DNA from: Malacoraja senta
Lineage: Eukaryota
Direction: 5' to 3'
Length of the DNA stretch: 64,000 bases
NCBI GenBank assembly: GCA_038087875.1
Contig: CM075992.1
Coordinates: forward strand, 4,404,001-4,468,000
Position numbers and translations under genes: made by a program. The notes under the pieces were generated by a model. The model ran no database searches and had not been told where the DNA came from. It saw only the letters and a program-made list of their open reading frames with translations. Positions 11,888-25,135 of this stretch are shown here, one piece after another (position 1 is the first letter of the stretch; the number at the start of each line of letters is the position of its first letter).

Positions 11888-13258
11888 CTGAAAAATAGAT
11901 GTGAAAAGTTACTTTGCATTATTAAACCATTATATTATATCATATTTTTAACCTATTTGATATTGGTATGTCAATTTTGTCCATAATTACTGGTGATAAA
12001 TCAACTTACGATTAAAATATTTTCTCCTGGCAGTGCAATGAAAATTAGCAACCCTTACGTCTGATTACATCCTCACTTAATATCAACGAGTCAAGTCCTA
12101 AATCAACTATGAAATATCCATGGGAAAAAGAAATATAGTAGATAATCCAGAGACTCTCTCTTCTCACTACAAGGATTAGGCTGGGGCTTTTTCTCCAGAG
12201 CACACAGACTGAGGGGTGACCTTATAGAAGTATACAAAATCACAAAAGGCATAGATAACTTGAATGGTCACAGTCCGTTTTCAGGAGTTAAGTAGTCTAG
12301 AATTAAAAGTCATAGCTTTAAGATTACCTGAGGGAAAATTTCAACAAAAGAGGCTGGTATGTACATGGAATGAGCAGCCAGAGGAAGCTGCAGAGACTGA
12401 TTCAATGGCAATATTTATAAAACTACAGACAGGTACATAGATAGCAAAGGTGTAGAAGGATATGAAAAACATGCAGGTAAATGAGACTAGGTCAGTTATA
12501 AAACCTGGTCCACGTGAACAAGCTTGGCCAATGGGCCTGTTTCTGCACTGCATGTCTCTGTGACTTATTTGGTACTGGTATTGGTTTATTATTGTCACGT
12601 GTGTGTCCAAAATGCAGTGAAGAACTTTTGAAATGCAAATCATACCACGCACAAGTACAGTCAAACTATGCACAACTACAACAGGCAAAGGGACAAGGGA
12701 CAAAGAAAACAGAGTTCTGAATATATTGTTACAGCTACAGAGAAAGTGCAGAAATACGTGCAAGGGCTGCAATTAGTATTTTTAAGGTGGAGATTGCCAG
12801 ATTCTTGGTTAGTATGGGTTTCAGGGGTTATGGGGAGAAGGCAGGAGATGAGACTGGGGTTGAGACGGAAAGAAATCAGCAGAATGGCCTAATATATCCT
12901 GAGTTTATGAGAGACCCGTTCAAGATTCTGAGAGGGATATTCCGAACAACACAATAGGTTGGATCATACCACACGCTTGATATTAAACACATTAAGTTCA
13001 GCTGACAAGGTAGAAATCAGCTTTGGGAATCAGGCACAACCTTTTCTTAACTAAGGATATCAAACAACTTCTAACTGAAATGCACCGTAAATGGGGAAGA
13101 TGATTTGGTTATTGGAACTCAGTCCTGTGGTAATTCTTGTATCCCAGAAGGACTGGAAGAGACAAAAAGAAGTCAAGCCCAGGGTTGTTTAAAACTTCCC
13201 AGGAGAGTACTTATGCCTGAGGGAATGCCTGATTCCAAAAGCTGACAATGCCTGAGGG

Positions 13259-15478
13259 CAGGGCCGGCCTTAGGAGGTGCGGGGCCCAATTGGGAATAAT
13301 TTTGGTGAGCCCCAGGTTCCCAGCAAAGTCAAGTCAAGTTTTATTCGTCACGTGCACATAAAGTGCAGTGAAATGAATTTGCCAGCAACGGTACAATAAA
13401 AAAGAACACACAAAAACACAATCAAAATTTAACACAAACATCCACCACAGCATTCATCACTGCGGTGGAAGGCACAAAATTTGATCAGTCCTCCTCCATT
13501 TTCCCCCGTGGTCGGGACCTCAACCCTCCGCACTCGCCGCTGCGGGCGTCCAGATGTGCAGACAAGGTAAGTCCTGAATCGGTGCCTCCCCACTGGAGAC
13601 CGCGAATTCAAGATGGTGTAGGCCGCAGGCCGGCGGTCGAAGATCTAAACTCCCCGCCGCGCCGCAGCCAGAAGCACCGCAGACTGCAGGGCCGCCGGTA
13701 GGAGCTCCTCTCCAGGGATCCCCGGCGCGGGATCCCAGGCTCCGGACGCCACGCCAGCCGGAAGCACCGCAGTCCGCGGCTTCTGGATGATGTAGGCCGC
13801 GGATCAGCGGTCGGAGCTCCTCTCCAGGGATCACCGGCGATGGACCCCGCTCACGATGTTAAGTCTCCGCCGCGCCCGCGGTAGAAGTAGGCCGCGAGCC
13901 GGCGGTCGGAGCTCTACTCCCCCGGGGTCCCCAACGGGGGATCCCAGGCTCCGGTTGCCGCGCCAGCAGGATCTCCGCAGACCGCGGCTTCAGGCTGCCG
14001 CGGGCCAGCGAACGGAGCGCTCCCCTCCGGCGACCACCGGCGAGGGCTCGCCCGCTCCGCAACAAAAGATTCCTCGCTGCGCCCGCTTCTGAAGTCCCGG
14101 GCGCGTCTCCGGGAAATGCCGCACCGATCCTTTATGTTAGGCCACAGGGGAGACGACATGGAAAAAGTCGCCTCTCCGTGGAGGAGATCAAAGCGGTTTC
14201 CCCCATACCCCCCCCCCCACCCCACCCCACACCACGCCCCACACAAGACACACAGAGAAACATTAAAAACTCACATTGACACACACTTAAAAACAAAAAA
14301 GTAGAAAAAACTAACACGCTGCTGGCAGTGCTGCCGTCTCGCAGCGCCCCACCGACCTGTACCAAGGTCTGTAGAATCATAGAAATACAAATACAGTGTA
14401 TTATAGACTTTATATCTCTGTGGTAGAATGGAAAGTAATCAAATTGGGCGCTTAAAAAGTGCCTGCGAGTTAATGGACCAACAGATCGAAGCTATATTTT
14501 AATATAAAATGGCATACATGTAAGCCCACAAGTAACAAACAAAATGTGTAGATCACCTCTGAAAAGTACATAGTTACAATACCACTTGTTTTAGTGACTG
14601 TGAAATGAAAAAAAAAAACTAGATCCAGGAAAACCATTAACTATTGGCGAAAAAACAGTCCAGGCATTACATTTTGGGCTTCAGCCCCATCCTACCCTTT
14701 GGGCTTCTACCCCATCCTAAATTTTGTCGTGTGTATGTGTGTGTTAGTTGTCTGTGGGTAATGTGTGTCTGTTAGATATCTGTGCATTATGTGTGTGTGT
14801 GGGGGGGGAGGGGGAGAGAAGGGAGGGAGGGGGAGAAGGGAGGAAGCAGAGAAGAGGGTGAGGGGAGTAGAGAAAGAAGGGAAGGAGGGAAGGTGAGAAA
14901 GAAGGGAGGGAGGGAATGAGAGAAGGAAAAGAGAGAGAGGAAGGAGATAAAGAAGGGAGGGAGAGAAAGAGAGAAGGGAAGAGAGAGAGAGGAAGAAGGG
15001 AGGGAAGGAGAGAAGGGAGGGAGGGAAGAAGGGAAGGGAGGGATAGAAGGGGAGGAGAGAAGGGAAGGAGAGGGCCGGCGGCAGGAGCGGGTGCCGGGGT
15101 CCGGGCGGACGGGTGTGAGCTGAGGCCGAGGTTTGTAAACGTTGCTCCAACCCCGGCCAGGCCCTCCCTGTATTGTTCACTGCGGGAGAGAGAAGGGGCA
15201 GGGCTTTGTGCTTGAAGCACGGCGACTGGAAGGGCGGGAGTGCTGCCCCGGGACCGTGCGGGAACGACCCACCTCCCCCTTCTCCATTCCCCCTCCCACC
15301 CCCTCCCCTTCTACCCCTTTCTTCCCCTCCACACCTCTACTCTCTCTCCACCCCTCTCTCCCCCCTCCACCCGGGGTAGATCTACCTGAGCCGAGAGTAG
15401 ATTACTCTGGCGCGGGCCCCCCTTAGGCGCGGGGCCCAATTGGGAGCAATTGGTCCAATCGGCTTAAGGCCGGCCCTG
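13259..15478. mobile_element. Non-autonomous hAT-type DNA transposon
   Basis: 14-bp TIRs cagggccggcctta / taaggccggccctg; 8-bp TSD cctgaggg (13251-13258, 15479-15486); subterminal ggggcccaattggga at both ends. Confidence 0.9.
13327..14357 (-). mobile_element. GC-rich non-coding retro-element with (CTTGA)n tail nested in the hAT element
   Basis: Minus-strand aataaaacttgacttgactt tail, internal GC-rich repeats, ends similar to the element at 43890-44606. Confidence 0.6.
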
Positions 15479-16997
15479 CCTGAGGGGAGGTAAGAATCAG
15501 ATATGGTCCTGACCAGGGAAAGAATTCTACATATTAGCTTTGTGGTTACTGTTGCGGATGCTAGCAGTTCAGTCCAAATTCATCTAATAAACTGCATTTA
15601 ATTGTGGACGGAGTTAAATTCATGCCTCCATACTTAGTCGCAGCCTCTGGATTACTTGTCCAGAAATTCCCACATCTTGTAAATCAGTAAACAGAATCAT
15701 TCATCACATTGGGATCAGGAAAACTGAAACCAGTTCCAAGATCAGAAAACCATCCGATCATTGCTGACATTAGGATGTAGGAGCCTGTAAACTGTAATGT
15801 CCAGGTTTAGGAACAGCTTCTTCCCTACAATCATCAGGCTATTAACCACTAGAACCTCCACATAAGCTCCGAACTACATATACTTGGGGGCATTGGTTTT
15901 ATGTGTATGTACATATATATATATATATATATATACACAGTATACTGAATCTTTTTTTCTTGTTTATTATATTATTTACAGAGTACTATGTTTACATATT
16001 CTGTTGTGCTGCTGCAAGTAAATATTTAATTGTCTGGGACATATGACGATAAAACACGACATCTTGACAATAGACATCAGAAATAGCTGTAAGAGCCTGC
16101 CCTGCAGCAAAAGACCCAAACCCTACCTTATAGTAAAAATTGAGGCTGATCTGATTGTCACACCGCATAAAAATAGGCCATTCGTCCCAACTCATCCATG
16201 CTGACCGTGATGCCCCATCTATGCTAGCCCTAATAACTCGCATAGGTACTATCCATGTACCCGTACAACTGTATTTTAAATGTTGTTATTCTACCTGCCT
16301 CCTCTAGCAGCTCATTCCACCCTGTGTGTAAAAGTCGCCCTCTCAAGTTCCTATTAAATCTTTCCCCTCTCACCTTAAACCTGTCTTTCATTCTTGAAAA
16401 AACAAGGAACTGCAGATACTGGTTCAAATACACAAAATGACGCAAAGTGCTGGAGTAACTCAGTGGGTCAGGCAGCATCTCTGGAGAACATGGATAGGTC
16501 TTGTTTCGGGTGGGGACCCTTTTTCAACATTTTGTATCTTTTTTACCTCGGGTTCTTGATTCCACTATCCTGGGAAAAAGACTCTGTGCATTCACCCTCT
16601 CTATTTCTTGATCTTGGTAGTTCATGCTGATTTTGCCATTGACCTAATCTTTGTCCCACTCTGCATCGATATATAAATAAAATAATTTGCCTTCCACCAC
16701 TCAAAACCATCCCAAAAGAGCAATTATTTCTCATTTCAATTTAAACAGGAGATGCCTTTTCCTGCTCCCAATTTAGATTATCCAATAATGCAAAACATTA
16801 TCCCATCATTTAGTCTCTGAAAGTTGCTCAGAATCTCATGCTGCCCGGGTGCCCACCTTGCTGCCTGTGCTCAGTAGTTTGAGGTTGATATCCCCTCCAA
16901 ATGTTTCAATCGGATCTACCACCATTCTTTGTAACAATAAACCTAGGCCTAAACAGTACAACAATAATCTCTCATTATGGCAACAATTTGTACATAC

Positions 16998-17092
16998 TTC
17001 ACAATCTCTGGTACTGGAAAGGACTTTCCAACGATTCCTGAAGCATCTTTCACACGAACTTCAGTCCGCTCAACAATAACATCTTGTGGATT
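16998..17092 (-). CDS. C3: C3 exon 5 (95 bp) NPQDVIVERTEVRVKDASGIVGKSFPVPEIV(N)
   Basis: cag| acceptor, |gtatgt donor; size equals human exon 5. Confidence 0.93.
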
Positions 17093-18516
17093 CTGAAAGT
17101 AAAATTATTTGTGAAAAACAAATTGAGATTTTGATTATACAAAGTATCACATTGTAAATTAAAGTGGTGATGCACAGAATGGCGAGGCTACCAAGCTCAT
17201 TATTTTGTGGGGCCCTCTGTCAGCACAAATCTGTGCCACTCAAGGTCCAAGGCTTTCTAGGCATCTATGTCCATACAGGCCTTGCATGCCAATACAATCC
17301 TTTTGTCTCCCACCTTTCTTCATCTCTGGCCTATGTCCGACCATCTGCCTATCAAAAACGTCCCTAGCCTGTGTTCACCTTTTACTTGTCACGCTTTGTC
17401 CTCCCTCCCCCTCCCTCCCTAACTTTCTTCCTCCTCCTACTCAGTCTAAAGAAGGGTCCCGAGCTGAAAAATCACCCATCCATGTTCTCTAGGGATGCTG
17501 TCTGACCCACTGAGTTACTCCAGCACTTTGTGTCTTTTTTTTTAAAGGAAATATATGTGAGGTTTGAAAAGATGTAATCAGACAGGGACATTGAGGAATG
17601 TAAATTAAACTATTCAGGCAGACAATTAGAAGTGTTAAATTGGACAATGAAATGTCTTTGGTGAGTCCATTTAAAGGAAATCCCAAGGCTTTATAGGCAT
17701 ACTTTAACAACAAACGGTTAACCAGGGAGAAGTTATCACCACTCATGGATAAGGGGAGTCTTTATCTTTTGCTTTGAAGTCAGAGCAAAAGAATCAGGTT
17801 ACTAAAGAAGTAACCTGTCTCCATCTTGCATTAACTTGCTTGCATTCACCAAGGTGAAGGAATGAAGGACATCAATGTGCAGAATATCAATAATGGTATG
17901 GCAGTGGATATTGTCTGTATGTATTTAGTAAAGCATTTGATAAAGTCTCTAATGGCAGGCTGGACCAGCAGATGAAGATGCAGTGACTTGGTCATTTGGA
18001 TTCAGAATGAGTTTACTCCCAGAAGACAGAGGGTTGTGGTGGAAGGGTGGTATTTGGGCTGCAGGTATGTGACTAGGGGAGTTTTTCAGGGATCTAAGCT
18101 GGAATATCACGTTATTCATGATCTATATAAATGACTTGGGTGTAAAGTGTTGTGAGTTTGCAGACACCAAAATTTGTGAAATTGCAGACGGTGAAAATGG
18201 CTGTCAAAGTATACAGCACGATATAGATGAGCTACAGAAATGGCAGATGGGTTATAATCTGACTGTGCAAGGTGTTGTATTTTGGGAAACCGAATGTAAA
18301 AAGACATAAAATTAATGGCAAGTCCCTTAAAAGCATTGATATACAGAGGGATTTTGGGTTCCAAGTCCATAGCTTCCTAGAAGTGGCAAAACAAGTAGAT
18401 AGGGTGGTAAAGAAGGCATATGGTATTCATTGGTCGAGGTATTAAGTATTTGGCTGAAAACCATGTTGCAGCTTAATAGGACAATGGTTAGTCTGCAGTT
18501 GGAGTAATGTGTGCAA

Positions 18517-18925
18517 TTTTACTTCGGAGTCACCTTAGTGATTCCGTGAAGAAGACCCGTCAGGGCGCATGCACGTCATTACGTCAGTCGCATTGCCGCA
18601 CGGACAGCGGGAGGACAGAGCTCCTCCCATGGTAAGTACTTTTAGAGTAATTTTAAAGAGTTTTAAAGGTCCAGCTAAGTGAGAAACTTAGCTGGAGTAA
18701 AACAGTTTCCTTTACTGTGGTGCTGTGCTCTGTGTTTTGTCACAGGCAGCACCATGGTGAAGACGAGCAGGAGAGGACAGAGCTCCTCCTGTAGTAAGTA
18801 CTTTTAAAGTACTTTTATAGTTTTATTTTTTGTGGTGCTCTGTGTTTTTTATTACAGGCGGCACCATGATGAAGACGACCAGGGGGAGGGCAGCCGCAGG
18901 TAAAGCATAGGAGAGCCGCGGGAAA
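18517..18925 (+). mobile_element. 5' terminal fragment of a DIRS element inserted into a CR1
   Basis: ttttacttcggagtcac...gtgaagaagacccgtc matches the reverse complement of the ICR (1555-1590) and right ITR (about 1780-1820) of the DIRS at 1-1894. Confidence 0.8.
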
Positions 18926-20945
18926 GGTTTTGGAGAGGGTGCAGAGGAGGTTTACCAGAATGCTGTCTTCATCAGAGGATATTAGCTATAACAAGAGGTT
19001 GGACAAACTTGGGTTGTTTTTTCTGGAACATCAGAGGTTGAGGGAGATCTGATAGAACTGTACATATGAGACATGCTGAAAGGGTAGATAGTCAGAATCT
19101 TTTTCCCTGGGTGGAAATATCAAAGATTAGAGGACATAGATTTAAGGTGATTGGGGCAAAATGTAAAAGAGATGTGCTAGGAAAGTATATTACACACTGA
19201 AAGTGGTGGGTATCTGGAATGTGCTGCAAAGCGTGGTGGTGGCAGCAGATACGATAGGGGAATTTGAGAGGCTTTCGGATAGGCACATTAAAATGCAGAG
19301 AATGGAGGGATATGGATCAATGCAGGCAGAGGGAATAGTTTAAGGTGGCATCATGTTAGGTGCAGGCATCTTGGGCTGAATAGCCTGCTGCCGTGCTATA
19401 CTGTTCTATGTACTATATAGAACTATTGATTCACTTGTTGTGAAACAGACAACTTTATGAATTATATCTAACCCACTTGCTGGTAGATGTTTTCTTAGCA
19501 TATGGTTAGAAGCCTAGACCAAATATCTAGCTCAGATTGCAGAGGTAAATCTGTTTGGCACCAATCTTTTAACATTTTACCTCAGTAGCTACCTCAGTTT
19601 GCATTTATTTCAAGAGGACTAGAATATAAAAAACAGGGATGTAATACTGAGACTTTATAAGGCACTAGTCAGTCTTCATTTGGGGGTATTGTGAGCAGTT
19701 TTGGGGCCCATATCTGAGGAGGGATGTGCTGGCTTGGAGGGATATGTGAAGGTCCAAATGAGGTTTATGCAAATGATCCCAGGAATAATTGGGTTAACAT
19801 ATTTATGAGAGTTTGACAGCACGGGCCTGTACTTGCTGGAGTGTAGAAGGATGAGGAGGATCTCATTGAAACGTACCGAACCGTGAATGGCCTGGATAGA
19901 GTAAATGTGGAGGGAATGTTTCCACTAATGGGAAAGTCTAGGACAAGAGACCACAGCCTCGTAATAAAACAAGAGCACCTTTAGAAAGGAGATTAGGAGA
20001 AATGTCTTTAATCTGTGGTGAATCTGTGGAATTCATTGCCACAGATGGCTGTGGAGGCCAAGTCAATGGATATTTTTAAGGCAGATAGTTTCAGATTCTT
20101 GATTAGTAATGGTGTCAGGGGTTATGGGGGAAAAGGCAGAAGAATGAGGTTGAGAGGGAAAGAAAGATCAGCCATAAATTAATAGATGAGTAGACTCAAT
20201 GGACCGAATGCCCTAATTCTGCTCCGAGAACTTATGAACTGTTGGATTGGCTCACTCCTGCTGAGTCTGTTGGAAGAACAAAGATGTCACTAATATTAAG
20301 CAACTGCAAAGCAAGAATTTCATTGTCCTATCTGGGACACATGACAATAAACTCTCTTGAATCTTGAATCTTGTACAGCAAAATAAAAGGGCCTGTCAGG
20401 TGTTCACTCATTCACCAACTGTGGTGAACTAAAATGGTAAATACCAATTTGTCAGGTTTTGTTTCATTATTAATTTGTTGCTGTCTCCTAAAGTCCTCAC
20501 AGTGTGGTCCTATTTCACTGGAAGCATCTGGTTCCTCTTCTTCAGCAAGAACAATTAATGTCTAATATTGCTCTTGCTCATGATCCACATCGAATTAAAA
20601 GTCAGTATCCCCTCCCTTACAGTGCAGCCCTCCATGATTTTTGAATTAATCTAACTTTTGCCTTTTGCTCAAACCCTCTTTCAGCATGCAGCATATTATC
20701 TTTTTACTTGTCCAAATATCTTAATGCAGATCAGGCTCAGAATTAATTTGATGTCGCTACTTTAAAGACTCCAATGTTGAGATCTTGCTTAAGATGAGCT
20801 GTTCAGGGACAGTAAATGCCATTTTTCAATGCTCATTTCTCACCCCCAGTCTGGACAATACCTTGACAGTCAATGAAAAACTACAAATCTCCAAAATCTA
20901 TTGCGGTGAAATTACTTTCTTAAAACATAGAACAATGCACCTTAC

Positions 20946-21016
20946 CACAAGTTGAACTATTGTGGCTTTTTTGTTTGGCTTCATTTCATTGTCCACTGAG
21001 AGCAAGCGATAAAGCA
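20946..21016 (-). CDS. C3: C3 exon 4 (71 bp) (V)LYRLLSVDNEMKPNKKATIVQLV
   Basis: tag| acceptor, |gtaagg donor; size equals human exon 4. Confidence 0.94.
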
Positions 21017-21708
21017 CTAGAAAAAAGTAGAACACAATGATTAACCTGAACTGCAGCTTCTCACAATCGGAACAACCACATTCAGTGTCATTACCATCAC
21101 TGAGTACCTTCACATCTATATGATGGGGGGGACTCTAATGATCAAAAACTCAACTGGACCACTGCATACAATAACAAGTCAGAGACTGGGATTTCTGTGA
21201 TGAACAATGCACCTTATATCATTAAGACTGTCCACCACCTATAAAGCACAAGTCACAAATTTGATCTCTTACACAAATCTCCCCTTACCTGGATGATTAC
21301 AGTTTAATAAATCATTTGGAAATATATTTTTTCAATATCTGGGTTAAATCAACATTTATACCTGAACCAAAAGTCACTAAAACAGAGGATCTAGATGTTG
21401 TCACATTTTTGTCTGTGGACGGTTCTAACGAAATATTTGGCAACTGAGTTGGTTATAATTTTTACGGATTACTTTTCAAATCTATAATTCATTTGCTGTC
21501 GTAACATTGGAATGATGTGCTATGTAAAACAAAGTCTCTTTCTCTCTTTCTGTGATGGCCAAAATAGAAACGCTCTATTAAAATATATTTCCTCCGTGAT
21601 CTGCGTGCTTCTTCCCCCCCCCCCCCCCACCCACCCCCCCCATCCATAATCAGTGGTGTGCCCATGTACAGTGAAGGTATAATTTTAGGAACTTTGAGCC
21701 ATAGTTAC

Positions 21709-21871
21709 CAGTTTGAGTGGGTGTGTAGATTGGTTTGTCAGTCTGGATAAAGATGTGTCCTGCTTGATGTGAAACAAGGATAACAGTTTGCAACTTAAAA
21801 TTTGGTGATGATGCTTCCAAATATACATACTGGTTCCCTCTGGATTGCTTTGGCAATCTATCTGCAGGTAT
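21709..21871 (-). CDS. C3: C3 exon 3 (163 bp) IPADRLPKQSRGNQYVYLEASSPNFKLQTVILVSHQAGHIFIQTDKPIYTPTQT
   Basis: cag| acceptor, |gtaact donor; hallmark FIQTDKPIYTP motif. Confidence 0.96.
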
Positions 21872-22904
21872 CTGGCAATAACAAAGACAAAAACAAAATT
21901 GATGTGGTTGCTTTTCAGTATTGTATTCACCCCCCCCCCCCACCCACCCCACTCCACGCTATGAAGAATCCACAATGTGTAGAAATCTATCCTTGTGTCA
22001 GTAATGTTAACCATGCAACACCAACCACATATTGTGCTGCATTTTTATTGTATTTATTTGCAATGGAAGTGATTTTCAGAAACTTGACCTGACCCAAAAG
22101 TCATTATTACAGTTCGCATTTAATGCCACTAATCTGAGAATTAAGATAGACACAAAAAGCTGGAGTAACTCAGACAGCATCTGAGGAAAAATCGGTGATG
22201 TTTTGGGTCAAAACCCTTCTTCCTACCCTAAATGTCACCTATTCCTTTTCTCCAGAGATGCTCTCTGACCAGCTGGGAGTTACTCCAGCTTTTTGTGTCT
22301 ATCTTCGGTTTAAACCAGCATCTGCAGTTTATTCCTACACAATTTGAGAATTCATTTCCACTCTTCAATCCCCACCATCAAGTAGTTTGTTAATGTCCAG
22401 CGAGGCAGTATTTGGCATTAATTAGCCCGATATCAGGATTCTCACGGGTCTAGAGAGTACAGACGAGTTCAGTATTGATAAGTAAAAATCTTTCAGACTT
22501 GTAACACTAATGGAGATAACAGGTTCAGGCATGAACTGTGATCAGCAGGTATTCCCAGCCTCTTTACATTGTTTCTTGGCATTTATTTTTTCCCAACGTC
22601 ACTTTTTTTGCCTTTCTTACTGGTGAAATTCGTCAGGAGAGAGACTTAAGAGTTTGCTGCAGTGTTCTCAGCAACCATTCATGCACAAAGCAGTCTGCTC
22701 TGATATAGATGAATAGCTTAATTTTCCTGCTGCAACCATTCTGCAGACTAATCATAGGTACTAACATGAGCCTTGCAGACTGCACAAATCATTGTTGGAT
22801 AGTATCTGAGCCCCCAACTGCAGAGTACACAAGACACAGTCCTCCCAAGTTTTAAATTATTTGTCCAGATAACATTTGAATCAATAGAGACCCTGTGATG
22901 TTAA

Positions 22905-24410
22905 TGCTGCAAAATGCTGGAGTAACTCAGCGGAGAGAAGGAAGCGCTGACATTTTGGGTCGAGACCCTTCTTCAGACTGATGTCAGGGGAGTGGGCGGG
23001 ACAGAGATAGAATGTAGTCAGAGACAGTAAGACTGGTGGGAGAACTGGGAAGGGGGGAGGGAATGGAGAGAGAGGGAAAGCAAGGGCTATTTGAAGTTAG
23101 AGAAGTCAATGTTCATACCGCTGGGGTATAAGCTACCTAAGCGAAATATGAGATGCTGTTCCTCCAATTTGCACTGGGCCTCACTCTGACAATGGAGGAG
23201 GCCCAGGTCGGAAAGGTCAGATTGGGAATGGGAGGGGGAGTTAAAGTGCAGAACAACCGGGAGATCAGGTAGGTTAAGGCAGACTGAGTGAAGGTGTTCA
23301 GCGAAACGGTCACCGAACCTGCACTTGGTCTCACCGATGTATAGAAGTTGACACCTGGAACAGCGGATACAGTAGATGAGGTTGAAGGAGGTGCAAGTGA
23401 ACCTCTGCCTCACCTGCAAAGACTGATGGGTTCCGTGGATGGAGTCAAGGGGGGAGGTAAAGGGACAGGTATTGCATCTCCTGCGGTTGTAGGGGAAAGT
23501 ACCTGGGAGGCGTGATTTGGGTGGGGACGAGTTGACCAGGGAGTTGCGGTGGGAACGGCCTCTACAGAAAGCAGAAAGGGATGGAGATGGGAAGATGTGG
23601 CCAGCAGTGGAATCCCGTTGGAGGGGCGAAAGTGATAGAGGATTATATGCGGTATGCATATATTATCAGTCTGAAGAAGGGTTTTGGCCCAAAACGTTGC
23701 CTATTTCCTTCGCTCCATAGATGCTGCTGCATCCGCTGAGTTTCTCCGGCACTTTTGTCTACCTTCGATTTTCCAGCATCTGCAGTTCCTTCTTAAACAC
23801 ATATATGCTGTATGCGACGGCTGATAGGGTGGAAGGTGAGGACGAGGGGGACTGTCCTTGTTGCGAATGGGAGGAGGAGAGCAAAAGCGGAGCTGCGGGA
23901 TATCGAGGAGACCCTAGTGAGAGCCTCATCTATAATGGAAGAGGGGAACCCCTGTTTCCTTAAAATGAGGGCATCTCCGATGATCTAGTATGGAAAACCT
24001 CATCCTGGGCGCAGATGCGGAGTAGATGGAGGAATTGGGAGTAGGAGATAGAGTCTTTACAGGAAGCAGGGTGGGAAGAAGTGCAGTCTAGTTAGCTATG
24101 GGAGTCAGTTGGTTTGTAGTAGATGTCAGTCAATAGTCTGTCTCCTGTGATGGAGATGGTGAGATACAGAAATGGTAGGGAGATGGTCCATGTGAATTTG
24201 AGTGCAGAATGGAAATCAGTCGTGAAGTTGATGAAGTCAGTGAGTTCTGCATGGGTGCAGGAGGCAGCACCAGGGCAGTCGTCAATGTAGCGGAGGTAGA
24301 GTTCTGGATAGGGCCAGTGTGCGGCTGGAACAGTGATTGTTCGATGTACGCCTGATACAGTGATTGTTCGACGTTACGGCCTGGAACAGTGATTGTTCGA
24401 CGTTAAGCAT
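22905..24410 (-). mobile_element. Degenerate Penelope-like element (GIY-YIG and RT C-terminus) containing an inserted opposite-strand solo pLTR (about 23658-23800)
   Basis: ORF 23087-23659 LIYCIRCSRCQLLYIGETK; insert flanked by atatgc(g/t)gtatgc duplication; 3x ~28-bp tandem repeat at the 5' truncation. Confidence 0.88.
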
Positions 24411-24944
24411 AACTGTGATTGGAATATAGTTATATGATTTCTGTAGTGCAAAATGCAATTTTCTCACTGTTATCAACTCTGCTCTAGACTGGCACCAACT
24501 GCATGAAAGTAAATGTGAATAGAAATTGGCACTCAGGAAGATTGCCCACCTTTAACTCTACTATATTTTCAACCAATGGTAGCCATGTTCTCACTGTAGT
24601 AACGCAATTCTGGTCACTAAAGGGAAACGCACATGCTAAAATACCAGTCCCAGCCTTTACAGCAAGTGACAATTACAATCAGCACAAGGGTAACTTTTCT
24701 GCAAAGTTTATCAGCAGGTTGTGCCCATAATGTCATTATAGTGAGGAGATATTTGGCACAATAGAGAGAATTTTAGTTTTTCGTGAGTCACACCCTTGCC
24801 ACAAATTGATGAATACTTACATAGTGAAAACAGCAAAATGCAATAAATTTGGTGGCAAAATCACCCCACACTTTGCTTGTTGGAAAAACTATTGTGGAGA
24901 ACCATTGTGGAGACTGAGGCCATTCGATTTATCTGTCCATTTAC

Positions 24945-25135
24945 CTTAACAGTGGCGGCAGCTATATATTTATTCGTTGAATTCAAAGAGATATGGTATC
25001 ACATAGGCTGCGCTCACGAGCAGGAAAATCCTGCAAAGTTATAGCAACCTCGATATCAGAACGGAAATCATTGGCTTCTAGAACCACAGTTTCTTCACTT
25101 TCAATTCGCAAAACATTGGAGCTGTTAGTATAAAT
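24945..25135 (-). CDS. C3: C3 exon 2 (191 bp as assembled; two 1-bp deletions) FILTAP/NVLRIESEETVVLEANDFRSDIEVAITLQDFPARERSLCDT/HISLNSTNKYIAAATVK
   Basis: cag| acceptor, |gtaaat donor; PNVLRxESEETVVLEA motif; restoring 2 bases gives 193 bp, the human exon 2 size. Confidence 0.88.

Larger units (their letters stand above)
4402..25135 (-). other. C3: Complement C3 gene block A (exons 2-11; continues off the left end of the window)
   Basis: Ten exons with GT-AG boundaries and compatible phases encoding the N-terminal macroglobulin domains of the C3 beta chain. Confidence 0.93.

Noticed and set aside
14707..15220. L/S/P- and R/E/G-rich ORFs
   Set aside because: Low-complexity purine tract inside the hAT element
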